Shown here: in pieces, positions 24,504-31,996 of the stretch | How positions within the stretch are numbered: position 1 is the stretch's first letter | Layout of the letters: each line of letters begins with the position of its first letter | NCBI RefSeq assembly: GCF_001412615.1 | Contig: NZ_CP013011.1 | Coordinates: 210,001 to 242,000, forward strand | DNA from: Pyrodictium delaneyi | Lineage (GTDB): Archaea > Thermoproteota > Thermoprotei_A > Sulfolobales > Pyrodictiaceae | Direction of reading: 5' to 3' | Length of the DNA: 32,000 nucleotides | Notes under the pieces: generated by a model | What the model was told of the DNA's origin: nothing | Databases searched by the model: none | Seen by the model: the letters and a program-made list of their open reading frames with translations, nothing else | Program-made: the position numbers and the translations under genes

Positions 24504-25154
24504 GTGCTACCCTACGGCGAAGTGCCAGCACTGCTACTAGCTGCAGCAATTATCGAGACCATTGGCGGTATAACCGGGGTTCTCCTCTTTGATAAGCTGT
24601 GTAGGGCGTCAAGACTGGTTGGCGAGAGGAGCCTCTGCATAACGGGGCTCGCGTTTCTCGCTTACTCTGCTGGACTCGTCCTTGAGGCGCTTGGGAACAT
24701 CTACACGTATGGTGCCGGTGCAGTAGCCCCTTCCTGGAGCCGGCGCCCCGAGACGGTCTCTCTTCTTGCGCTCAACCGGGGTACACTCCTCGCAGCACCA
24801 CTCTACATAGTCGCCTACACACTATCTGCTGTAGCCCTTTACTACACCCATGTACCCATAGAAGACGGGCGTAGAAACCGCGTATACGCTGTTACGCCCC
24901 TAGTACTCCAGATGTATGTTGACTACAACCTAGTAGCTCTCGTGGTCCTCTCAGCAGCGGTACTCCTCGCAACCAGGAGGTACGGCGGGGTCAAAGGCCC
25001 TGGTATAGTCTTCTACTTGCTCGCAGCCGCCAGTCACGCCACGGCGGTTGCCCTGGCACTTATCCTCAACCCGATACTGATACCAGTCTCCATGATCCTA
25101 AGGGCAGTGGCTCTTCTCGGGTTCGCTGCGTTAACGATGCTCGCGGGGAAGTGA
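24504..25154 (+). CDS. Polytopic hypothetical membrane protein
   Basis: 216 aa with about 6 hydrophobic helices. GTG start lies 10 nt after GAGGTG (24488-24493). It ends 7 nt before the wHTH gene on the same strand. Confidence 0.6.
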   Translation: MLPYGEVPALLLAAAIIETIGGITGVLLFDKLCRASRLVGERSLCITGLAFLAYSAGLVLEALGNIYTYGAGAVAPSWSRRPETVSLLALNRGTLLAAPLYIVAYTLSAVALYYTHVPIEDGRRNRVYAVTPLVLQMYVDYNLVALVVLSAAVLLATRRYGGVKGPGIVFYLLAAASHATAVALALILNPILIPVSMILRAVALLGFAALTMLAGK

Positions 25155-25161
25155 TGCAGGG

Positions 25162-25434
25162 ATGACACGGAGGAAGTACCGCAGTCAAGCCGGCATAATA
25201 CTCGACATACTAGAGGTACTGGCACGAGAAGGCCCACAGCCAGCGACAAGGCTGATGTATACTGCTAATCTGCCCTATAACAGGCTCCGAGAGACACTTC
25301 TGAGGCTAGTAGATGAAGGGTTGGTAGAGGAGACCGAGGACCGCCACTACCGGATAACAGAGAAGGGGCGTGAAGCGCTCCGTGTGCTCCGTGACGCCCG
25401 CCGCGTCCTAGAGACCCTTGGCTACAAGTTTTAG
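25162..25434 (+). CDS. Small winged-helix DNA-binding protein (HTH_45 / COG3432-like)
   Basis: The 90-aa protein RSQAGIILDILEVLAREGPQPATRLMYTANLPYNRLRETLLRLVDEGLVEE...YRITEKGREAL matches my memory of the archaeal HTH_45 family layout. Confidence 0.8.
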   Translation: MTRRKYRSQAGIILDILEVLAREGPQPATRLMYTANLPYNRLRETLLRLVDEGLVEETEDRHYRITEKGREALRVLRDARRVLETLGYKF

Positions 25435-25539
25435 CCCGAACTTCTTGCAGCTAATTTCTCTGACCCGGCTTAGCCAGGGAGCGTGGATACCGAACAGGTA
25501 CGATTCATTGCTGCGAGCCTTCTGGAGGCGTCCACAGCC

Positions 25540-26448
25540 TTGGAGCTTGGCATAGTGTTCCTGGGGACAAGCGCTGCAGTACCTACTCGGCGCCGGGGGC
25601 TTCCCGGAATAGCGCTGGTGTACCGCGGGAGCATAGTAGTGATGGACTGTGGCGAGGGTACCCAGGCGGCGCTGACCCGGGCGGGTCTCAGCCCCCTGAA
25701 GGTGGAGGCGGTCCTAGTCACGCACCTCCATGGCGACCACGTGTTTGGGCTTCCCGGGCTCACCCAGTCCATGGCCATGCTGGGGCGTCGCCGGCCCCTA
25801 CTTGTAGCGGGGCCGCCTGGGGTCTACGGGTTCCTCCGTGAAGCCTACCGGTACACCCGGTGGCTCCCTCCGTTCCCCATATACGTGGTCGAGCTAGAGC
25901 CCGGCGAGGAGCTGGCCCTACCCAGTGGACTCCACGTGAAGGCCTTCTCCGTGGACCACACAGTGCCGGCCCTGGGCTACCGGGTGGAAGAGCCGCGGCG
26001 CAAGCCCCGGGTAGACCTGGAGAAGGCACGGCGCCTCGGCCTAGAGCCGGGGCCTCTCCTGGGGAGGCTTCAGCGCGGCGAGCCGGTCGAGGTCGGCGGC
26101 CGGGTGATACGCCCCGAGGACGTGCTCCGGGAGCAGCCACGCGCGGTGATAGTCTACACTGGGGATACTCGGCCATCGGAGACCGTGGTGGAGGCAGCCC
26201 AGGGCGCCACCGTATTGATACACGACTCCACCTTCGCCAGCGACATGGAGGAAGAGGCCCACGAGCAGGGCCATAGCACCGCACTCGACGCTGCCAGGAT
26301 AGCACGCAGGGCGGGAGTGGGGCTCTTGGTGCTCTTCCACATAAGCGCCCGCTACGAGACACCGGATCCGCTGCTCCGCGAAGCCCGCCGGCTCTACTCA
26401 CGCGTAGTGGTGGCCGAGGACTTGGCAAAGCTGCCGATAAGAGTGTAG
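25540..26448 (+). CDS. rnz: Ribonuclease Z (tRNA 3' endonuclease)
   Basis: FLGTSAAVPTRRRGLPGIAL, MDCGEGTQ, HxHxDH (VTHLHGDHVFGLPGL), HDSTF, GHSTA and LFHISARY motifs. The start is uncertain: ORF track GTG 25483, or in-frame TTG 25540 / GTG 25555, which give the usual short N-terminus before FLGTS. Confidence 0.9.
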   Translation: MELGIVFLGTSAAVPTRRRGLPGIALVYRGSIVVMDCGEGTQAALTRAGLSPLKVEAVLVTHLHGDHVFGLPGLTQSMAMLGRRRPLLVAGPPGVYGFLREAYRYTRWLPPFPIYVVELEPGEELALPSGLHVKAFSVDHTVPALGYRVEEPRRKPRVDLEKARRLGLEPGPLLGRLQRGEPVEVGGRVIRPEDVLREQPRAVIVYTGDTRPSETVVEAAQGATVLIHDSTFASDMEEEAHEQGHSTALDAARIARRAGVGLLVLFHISARYETPDPLLREARRLYSRVVVAEDLAKLPIRV

Positions 26449-26453
26449 AAGAG

Positions 26454-26996
26454 CTACTCCTGCCCGGGAGGTACTACCACTACTTCGAGGGTGTCGCCCT
26501 CTATCCGGTCGGGGTATACCCGGTAGGCGTCGCGGGGCGCGTGGCGGAGCCCATCCTTGCTGGTAAGCGGCACGGCTTTGCCGCCTACAGCCTCTATCAT
26601 CCCCATTATGACGCCTATTATTGGGGCAGCGTGTAGCACGTTGCCCCGCAGGTGCTCGAGCCCAGTAAAGACTAGCCGTATCCGGCCCTCCTCCTGCTTA
26701 ATGTGGGCACGGGCCTTGTAGCTAGCACCTGCTATAAGGGCTGTTACCCGTTCTAGCCTCTGGAATAGTGGTACAGGGCTAGTCTCGTTGGGACAGCACA
26801 TCTTGCGGACTTCAGAGTATATCCTATTAGCAGTTGCAGCGAATATCCTGGCGAGGAGCACGAACCCGGCACTACCTCCAATAGCGTTCTCGAGCACATC
26901 GGGCACAGAGTAGAATGTGAGGTCGGTCACAAATCTCATACAGATAGTTAGGCTCTCGATGGCCTGGCTGCACTGGTCTACGGGCTTCGCGCCCAC
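26454..26996 (-). CDS. Hypothetical protein (weak V4R-like C-terminal pattern)
   Basis: 180-aa ORF with GTG start; ATG at residue 20 is an alternative. It is globular-looking. The segment RIRLVFTGLEHLRGNVLHAAPIIGVIMGMIEAVGG loosely resembles V4R-type small-molecule-binding domains. I do not consider this established. Confidence 0.6.
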   Translation of the reverse strand: MGAKPVDQCSQAIESLTICMRFVTDLTFYSVPDVLENAIGGSAGFVLLARIFAATANRIYSEVRKMCCPNETSPVPLFQRLERVTALIAGASYKARAHIKQEEGRIRLVFTGLEHLRGNVLHAAPIIGVIMGMIEAVGGKAVPLTSKDGLRHAPRDAYRVYPDRIEGDTLEVVVVPPGQE

Positions 26997-27126
26997 TGCC
27001 GGGACACCAGCCTGAAGGAGTTACAAGATAGAGGCATAAAGACTCTAATGTACTGCATTGTTGTTCGTAGAGAAGCGTAATAATAGTACCAACGGTCTCC
27101 TGGGCCCTAACGAGGGGCGCCGAGAG

Positions 27127-27600
27127 ATGCCTCTACCAAGCCGCGAAGAGCTACTAGAGGAGGCTAGAAGGCTTCTAGACCGAGCCCTCCTAAGGCTCCA
27201 TGGTCTGCCCGAAGAAGAGGCAGTCAGAGAGGCCTTGAAGGACGCGGCGGAAGCTTACGCAGACCTCCTACTTGGCTACCTAGAGGATATCAGGAAGCTC
27301 TACCGAGATGGCCTAGGCGAGGAACCAAGTGAAGAAGAGCTAGCCCAGTACCTTGACCGGATGAGAAGGCTGCATAGAACAGGTCTCGACTGCCTAATAC
27401 ACCCCGCTGTGCTAGACGGCTACCTTGCACAGCTAGCTAGGGAGAAGACGCGGAGACACATACTCGTAAAGTGCCCCGGCTGGGATAACCGGTATCTCCT
27501 CCTCGAAGGAAGCAGCACCGAGGACATAGTATACGCGCTACTGGCGGCCGAGAACCCCGTAGAAATATACCGGGAGATGCTCAAGAGGCAGAAACAGTAA
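27127..27600 (+). CDS. Hypothetical helical protein
   Basis: ATG 27127 (MPLPSREELLEEARRLL...) lies within ORF track 27058..27600. E/L/R-rich helices, then a short beta-like segment (HILVKCPGWDNRYLLLEG). No family recognised. Confidence 0.6.
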   Translation: MPLPSREELLEEARRLLDRALLRLHGLPEEEAVREALKDAAEAYADLLLGYLEDIRKLYRDGLGEEPSEEELAQYLDRMRRLHRTGLDCLIHPAVLDGYLAQLAREKTRRHILVKCPGWDNRYLLLEGSSTEDIVYALLAAENPVEIYREMLKRQKQ

Positions 27601-27852
27601 CACACATTCATCATCTAGCGTTGCCGGGAAGCTGTACCAAGAGAGAACCTAGAGGCCCACATACAAGGGGGACCGTCAGTAGAAGGTAACATTGAAACCC
27701 TCCCACTTAGCCCACTCTAGCTCCGGAGCCCCGTGGGCCGTAGCCGCCGACGTGGCGCCTGGGATGGGCCCACGGCCTCTGGGGGCGCCCGCAAATACCC
27801 CTCCATCTTCTGATGCCGCTCCAGCACTACGTCTACTAGAGTATGATGCCAG

Positions 27853-29058
27853 CTATAGTGGGGACAGCGCTTCTTTTCTCGGCTCTGGGCCTAGCCCTGG
27901 CTCCCGTGGATGCTGGAGGATTACGCCTCCCGGTTCTGGCCGATAGACTGGCGGGTTCTCGACCGGATCCTCCTCTAGGAATAGCGCCGCGTCTAGGTCC
28001 ACGTACCTTGTAACCGGGCTCGTCAATGCTGGATGCAGTGCCTGCGCTATGCCCAGCCCCGTCTCCACCATGCAGCCCCACATAGCCTCGAGCCCGTGGG
28101 CCTCAAGCATCGCGGCGGCTCGCGCCGCCCTAAGCGGGCCCCCTATCTTCGCTATCTTGATGTTCACGACGTCCACCGCGCCCATGGCCGCCACCCTGGC
28201 TATCTCCTCGGGGCTCCGTGCCGTCTCGTCAGCTGCTACCGGGGCCTCGACAGCACTCCTCACGGCCGCCAGGTCCTCGATCCTAGCTGCCGGGACCGGC
28301 TGCTCTACCAGCTCCAGGGCTGTGCCGAGGCTCCGCTCAAGCCGGCGTATCACCCATATTGCCTGCTTCCTCGTCCAAGCCTGGTTAGCGTCCACCCTTA
28401 TCCTCGCCCTACCCCGAGCAGCCTCGTAGACGGTCTCCGCCAGGAGCACGTCGTCCTCAACGCTCCCAGTCCCAAGCTTCACCTTGAGCACGCGGAAGCC
28501 CTGCACACCGGGAAGCGGGAAACCAGGATCCTCTGGGGGCTCGCGGCGGAGCCCGACGAGGTACTCGACAGCCTCTATGAAGGCGTCCCGGCGGGGCCCA
28601 CTACCCCTACGGAGTTCCTCTAGAGCCTCTTGGTCAGGTATCGAGACAGTATAGTCGGTCTCGAGGCTATTGTACACCCTGCCGCCGAGGAGCGTGTAGA
28701 GCGGCGTGTCGAGTACACGGGCAGAAGCGTCAAGCACGGCAGCCTCCAGCGCGGCACGGGCCGAGCTGAAGCCCGGTGCACCCGTGTGTACACGGCGGAG
28801 CGCCTCGCCCAGTTCGCCCGGAAGATCTAGCCCCTCAAGCCTCCTCGCCACAGTCTCTACGTAGGCCTTCACTGCCGCCGTATTCTCCCAGGTAACCCTA
28901 GGAGCAGGCGCTGCCTCACCCCAGCCCCTCGTACCGTCGCTTAGCTTAAGCTCCACCACGATGCTCTCCATCGTGGCTGACGCCGCGTAAGCTATGCGGA
29001 AGACGCCCCGTAGTCTCGCCTGAAGCTTGTAGACCCGAACCCGCTCTATCCGCGGCAA
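27853..29058 (-). CDS. Enolase-superfamily racemase/epimerase, muconate-lactonizing-enzyme subgroup (dipeptide epimerase / N-acylamino-acid racemase-like)
   Basis: KxK (LKVKLG). Metal ligands in RVDANQAW, LVEQP and VAADE. Second catalytic Lys in VNIKIAKIGG. WGCMVETGLG follows. TTG start. Confidence 0.9.
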   Translation of the reverse strand: MPRIERVRVYKLQARLRGVFRIAYAASATMESIVVELKLSDGTRGWGEAAPAPRVTWENTAAVKAYVETVARRLEGLDLPGELGEALRRVHTGAPGFSSARAALEAAVLDASARVLDTPLYTLLGGRVYNSLETDYTVSIPDQEALEELRRGSGPRRDAFIEAVEYLVGLRREPPEDPGFPLPGVQGFRVLKVKLGTGSVEDDVLLAETVYEAARGRARIRVDANQAWTRKQAIWVIRRLERSLGTALELVEQPVPAARIEDLAAVRSAVEAPVAADETARSPEEIARVAAMGAVDVVNIKIAKIGGPLRAARAAAMLEAHGLEAMWGCMVETGLGIAQALHPALTSPVTRYVDLDAALFLEEDPVENPPVYRPEPGGVILQHPREPGLGPEPRKEALSPL

Positions 29059-29083
29059 GGCCTAGGCCCCGCTAGCCGCCAAA

Positions 29084-29100
29084 AGCAGCTATGGGCTGCT
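29084..29100 (-). terminator. Hairpin plus T-run after the permease gene (terminator-like)
   Basis: The minus strand reads AGCAGC-ccata-GCTGCT followed by TTT. This lies 35 nt after the permease stop and before the racemase start. Confidence 0.3.
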
Positions 29101-29134
29101 ATGGATTTCAGCTTTACCACAACCTCCTGCTAGT

Positions 29135-30778
29135 CTACTGGCTTGGAGTACCCTTGTCCTCCTTAGACGTGTAGAGATAGTGCCACCTCCTACTGTGCTC
29201 TAGCCATCGCTTCTCCTCGCCAGGCCTAGCGAAGTGTATGTGAAGGGGGTGCTGGGGTGTAAGGCCCGCCTCTTCGCGTATACGTCTAGCCTCTTCCTCA
29301 GCCTCTCTACGCGTCCGGGGAGTCCTCGATGTGACTACAAGCACATCTACGTCGTGCGCTCGGTGGAGTTCGCCACGCGCTACGCTCCCAACCAAGTATA
29401 CCTTGGCGTCGTGAAACCTCCTAACAATGACTGCTACTATGCGTGGTACCCAGGTGGCCCAGTTCCTGATGTTCTCCTCTCTTAGGTGTAGCTTGTAGTC
29501 GATGTACTCTGCTATCTCCCTACCAGTCAGCACCCGGTAGACGTATTCTACAGTAAAGGAGCCTGCAAGTAGTAGGATGAACACGGTCACTTGGCGAGGG
29601 TCTAGAGTAGCTGTACGGTAGATGAGAAGCGCTAACGCCATAACGGTGGCCAGCGCCCCGGCGCCTGCCACTAGTGGGTTAACCCTCGCCTCTCTACGAA
29701 GCCGGAGGGCTGCAACATTGACGGCTGTGAATATCAGGAGGAAGCCTGCACTACCAGCCGTAGATATAGCCTCAAGACTTGCAGCCTCGGCGAGGACGAG
29801 CGAGAGTAGACTAATTATAGCTAGGCCCTCAGGCGCTTGTCGCCATATCCTCCGCCCCACGCTGGCAGGCAACTGGCCATACTTGGCAACCATGTAGCTT
29901 ATCCTAGCAGTACCATAGAGCGTCGCGTTTATTGCAGAACTGGTAGAGGCTAGGGCGGCAGCGACAACAATGCCGAAGCCTAGCTCTCCTAGAGCAGGCT
30001 TAGCGGCTTCCGCGAGCGCGTAGTCACGTGCCCGCATAACCTCCTCGGGAGAGAGTGTACCTGCAGCAACAAGAGCTACCATGACGTATATAGCTGTCAC
30101 GACCAGTACAGCGGCGAAGAACGCTCTAGGCAGGACACGTGGATCCTCGACATCAGCGGCAGCGTTAGCTATGAGTTCGAACCCCTCGTACGCTAAGAAT
30201 ATTATCATACCGCCTGCTACTATGTTGACTAAGCTGGGCCACTGGGAGGGGCTAAACCTACCCCATTCTACAAACCCGAGTCCAGCGCCGGCAACTACGA
30301 CTAGTATAGCAAGCTTGAAGAATACGAGAGCATCTTCAACTCTTCCAGTTACTACAGCGCCGAGCGCGTTCAGAAACGTGAATATAGCTATAGCGAGGGC
30401 GATAAACACGTGCCTAAGGAGGACAGCTTCGCCAAACAGGCTTGCCGCGTAACTCCCAAAGGCGTACGCGTAGAGCGCAATCATCACTATGTAGCTCGTA
30501 AGCAACATAATATTGAGCCCGCCGGCAAGAATGCCGCGGCCAAAAGCCCTCACAATATACTCTATCGTCCCGCCTTCGCTCGGATAGCGGATGGAAAGCT
30601 TCGCGTAAGAATACGACGTAGCCAGAGCCACTAAGCCTGCGAGGAGAAACGCTACGGGTGCAGCAGTACCAGCAAGCTGGAGACTAAGCCCCAGAACGGC
30701 GAAAATACCGCCACCTATCATTCCGCCAACTCCTATGCTGAATGCCTCTATGAAGCCTATCTTCCTCCTGTCTGGCAC
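29135..30778 (-). CDS. APC-superfamily amino-acid permease fused to a C-terminal minimal nucleotidyltransferase (MNT / NTP_transf_2-like) domain
   Basis: The first ~430 aa are a typical APC permease (GVGGMIGGGIFAVLG, multiple TM helices, FLAYEGFELIANAA). The last ~115 aa read VYLVGSVARGELHRAHDVDVLVV...HIHF, i.e. the G-S-x(9-13)-D-x-D pattern of Pol-beta-type minimal nucleotidyltransferases. No stop codon separates the two parts. GTG start lies 9 nt after GGAGG. Confidence 0.88.
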   Translation of the reverse strand: MPDRRKIGFIEAFSIGVGGMIGGGIFAVLGLSLQLAGTAAPVAFLLAGLVALATSYSYAKLSIRYPSEGGTIEYIVRAFGRGILAGGLNIMLLTSYIVMIALYAYAFGSYAASLFGEAVLLRHVFIALAIAIFTFLNALGAVVTGRVEDALVFFKLAILVVVAGAGLGFVEWGRFSPSQWPSLVNIVAGGMIIFLAYEGFELIANAAADVEDPRVLPRAFFAAVLVVTAIYVMVALVAAGTLSPEEVMRARDYALAEAAKPALGELGFGIVVAAALASTSSAINATLYGTARISYMVAKYGQLPASVGRRIWRQAPEGLAIISLLSLVLAEAASLEAISTAGSAGFLLIFTAVNVAALRLRREARVNPLVAGAGALATVMALALLIYRTATLDPRQVTVFILLLAGSFTVEYVYRVLTGREIAEYIDYKLHLREENIRNWATWVPRIVAVIVRRFHDAKVYLVGSVARGELHRAHDVDVLVVTSRTPRTRREAEEEARRIREEAGLTPQHPLHIHFARPGEEKRWLEHSRRWHYLYTSKEDKGTPSQ

Positions 30779-30907
30779 GAATGGATGCCTCCTTTGTTGC
30801 CTCTAATTTTGTACCTCAAAATTGTTTTCTTTCATTATTATTTAGCTGCTTATTGATTTTAGGCTAGAATTGAAAATTTCTATTCACGTGTTGTATAACA
30901 CACTAAG
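30779..30907 (-). promoter_or_regulatory. AT-rich spacer with promoter-like elements for the permease gene
   Basis: 129 bp of markedly AT-rich DNA lie between the DUF1611 stop and the permease start. The minus strand shows a small hairpin GTGTT-atac-AACAC plus ATTTTC just after the upstream stop. TATA-like TAAATAATAAT follows ~60 nt before the GTG, then GGAGG (plus-strand CCTCC 30788-30792). Confidence 0.35.
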
Positions 30908-31996
30908 TTATTCACCGATAATTCTATCTACTATAGCTTTCACACCAGTCCTTAAAGGATCCAATGCGGGCACCATATAAGTCTCACTATATTCTCTTTC
31001 GATTCTCTTAGCCTCGTTTATCGTATACATGCTAGTATTCAGCGTTATCCCCGCCAGCACCGCGTTAGGGTAGGGGTTCAGCGCTGTCAAGTAGGTTAGC
31101 TCTTCGCCGGGCTCTGGGTTACGTAGGGGCTTCCATGCGTGGCTGAATGCTGCCCGCCAGCGGCGGCCAGGCACATGCGCCACGACTATGTGTGTGGGAG
31201 AGGCGCCACGCAGTATGCCCAGAGACACGTGGCCGTAAGCTTCATGAGTTATCGCCGCCTGGCCCTCGACCACAGCCACCTCGCAGCCCTGCTCGTAGGC
31301 CTCGACTATCACCTGCTCGAGCGCTCCGGCTACGAAGTCGCTCGGCACAGCGTCCACGACTAAGCCACGTGCGCCGAGGAGCAACATCGTCTGCCCAGTG
31401 CCGATCATACAAGCTTTTACGCTGCGGCGCTCGAGTTCTTTGTAGATAGTATAGGTGGCGATATTCTTCCCCGCTTCACAGTCTGTCCCGGCTATAAGGA
31501 CGCGCTTCATCCTGGTGCCGAGTACACGTCCATCCCAGACGCGGAAGTAACGGGGATCAGGCTTACGTACATCGACTATCCTGGCACCACCCTTCTCGGC
31601 GGCAGCCCGTAGCTCGGGGTCATCGGATAGGAAGGTGTGGAGCCCGCTGTAGACGTCGAGACCCATCTCAAGCGCGTCGCGGATGTCCCGCTTCCACTCC
31701 TCTGGCAGCCGGCCACCTACCGGAGCAGCTCCAAGAATCAAGGCCTCAGCGCCTTTCTCGACCGCCTCCCTAAGCCCCTGCACTATGGGGATGCCCTTCC
31801 GGCCCAGGCCAATGAATTCGCCAGCATCACGACCGGCGTTAAACGGATCTATAACTGCGACGAGGTCCCATAGGAGCCCGCCGTCAAATATTACGAGATC
31901 GTGCCCTGTCTTACCTTCCTCCCGGCCATAGGCTCCAGGAGCATATATAGCTGCCCTTCTCCGGCCCTCATGGTACACCATAGGCACAGCTACCAC
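30908..31996 (-). CDS. DUF1611-family protein (DgcN-like putative D-glutamate N-acetyltransferase family)
   Basis: AAIYAPGAYGREEGKTGHDLV, VAVIDPFNAGRDAGE, IPIVQGL, ALILGAAPVGGRLPEEW, GLDVYSGLHTFLSDDPEL, IVDVRKP and the P-loop-like AGTDCEAGKNIAT match my memory of the DUF1611 (PF07755) alignment. The start is near the window edge: GTG 31996 or ATG 31981. The frame is still open at 32000. Confidence 0.85.
   Translation of the reverse strand: MVAVPMVYHEGRRRAAIYAPGAYGREEGKTGHDLVIFDGGLLWDLVAVIDPFNAGRDAGEFIGLGRKGIPIVQGLREAVEKGAEALILGAAPVGGRLPEEWKRDIRDALEMGLDVYSGLHTFLSDDPELRAAAEKGGARIVDVRKPDPRYFRVWDGRVLGTRMKRVLIAGTDCEAGKNIATYTIYKELERRSVKACMIGTGQTMLLLGARGLVVDAVPSDFVAGALEQVIVEAYEQGCEVAVVEGQAAITHEAYGHVSLGILRGASPTHIVVAHVPGRRWRAAFSHAWKPLRNPEPGEELTYLTALNPYPNAVLAGITLNTSMYTINEAKRIEREYSETYMVPALDPLRTGVKAIVDRIIGE

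Noticed and set aside
25760-26428. 222-aa ORF antisense to the RNase Z gene, plus ORFs 25860..26276 (+, alternate frame) and 26041..26340 (-)
   Set aside because: The composition is Pro/Arg/Gly-dominated and they fully overlap a gene with unambiguous RNase Z motifs. They are GC-driven artefacts.
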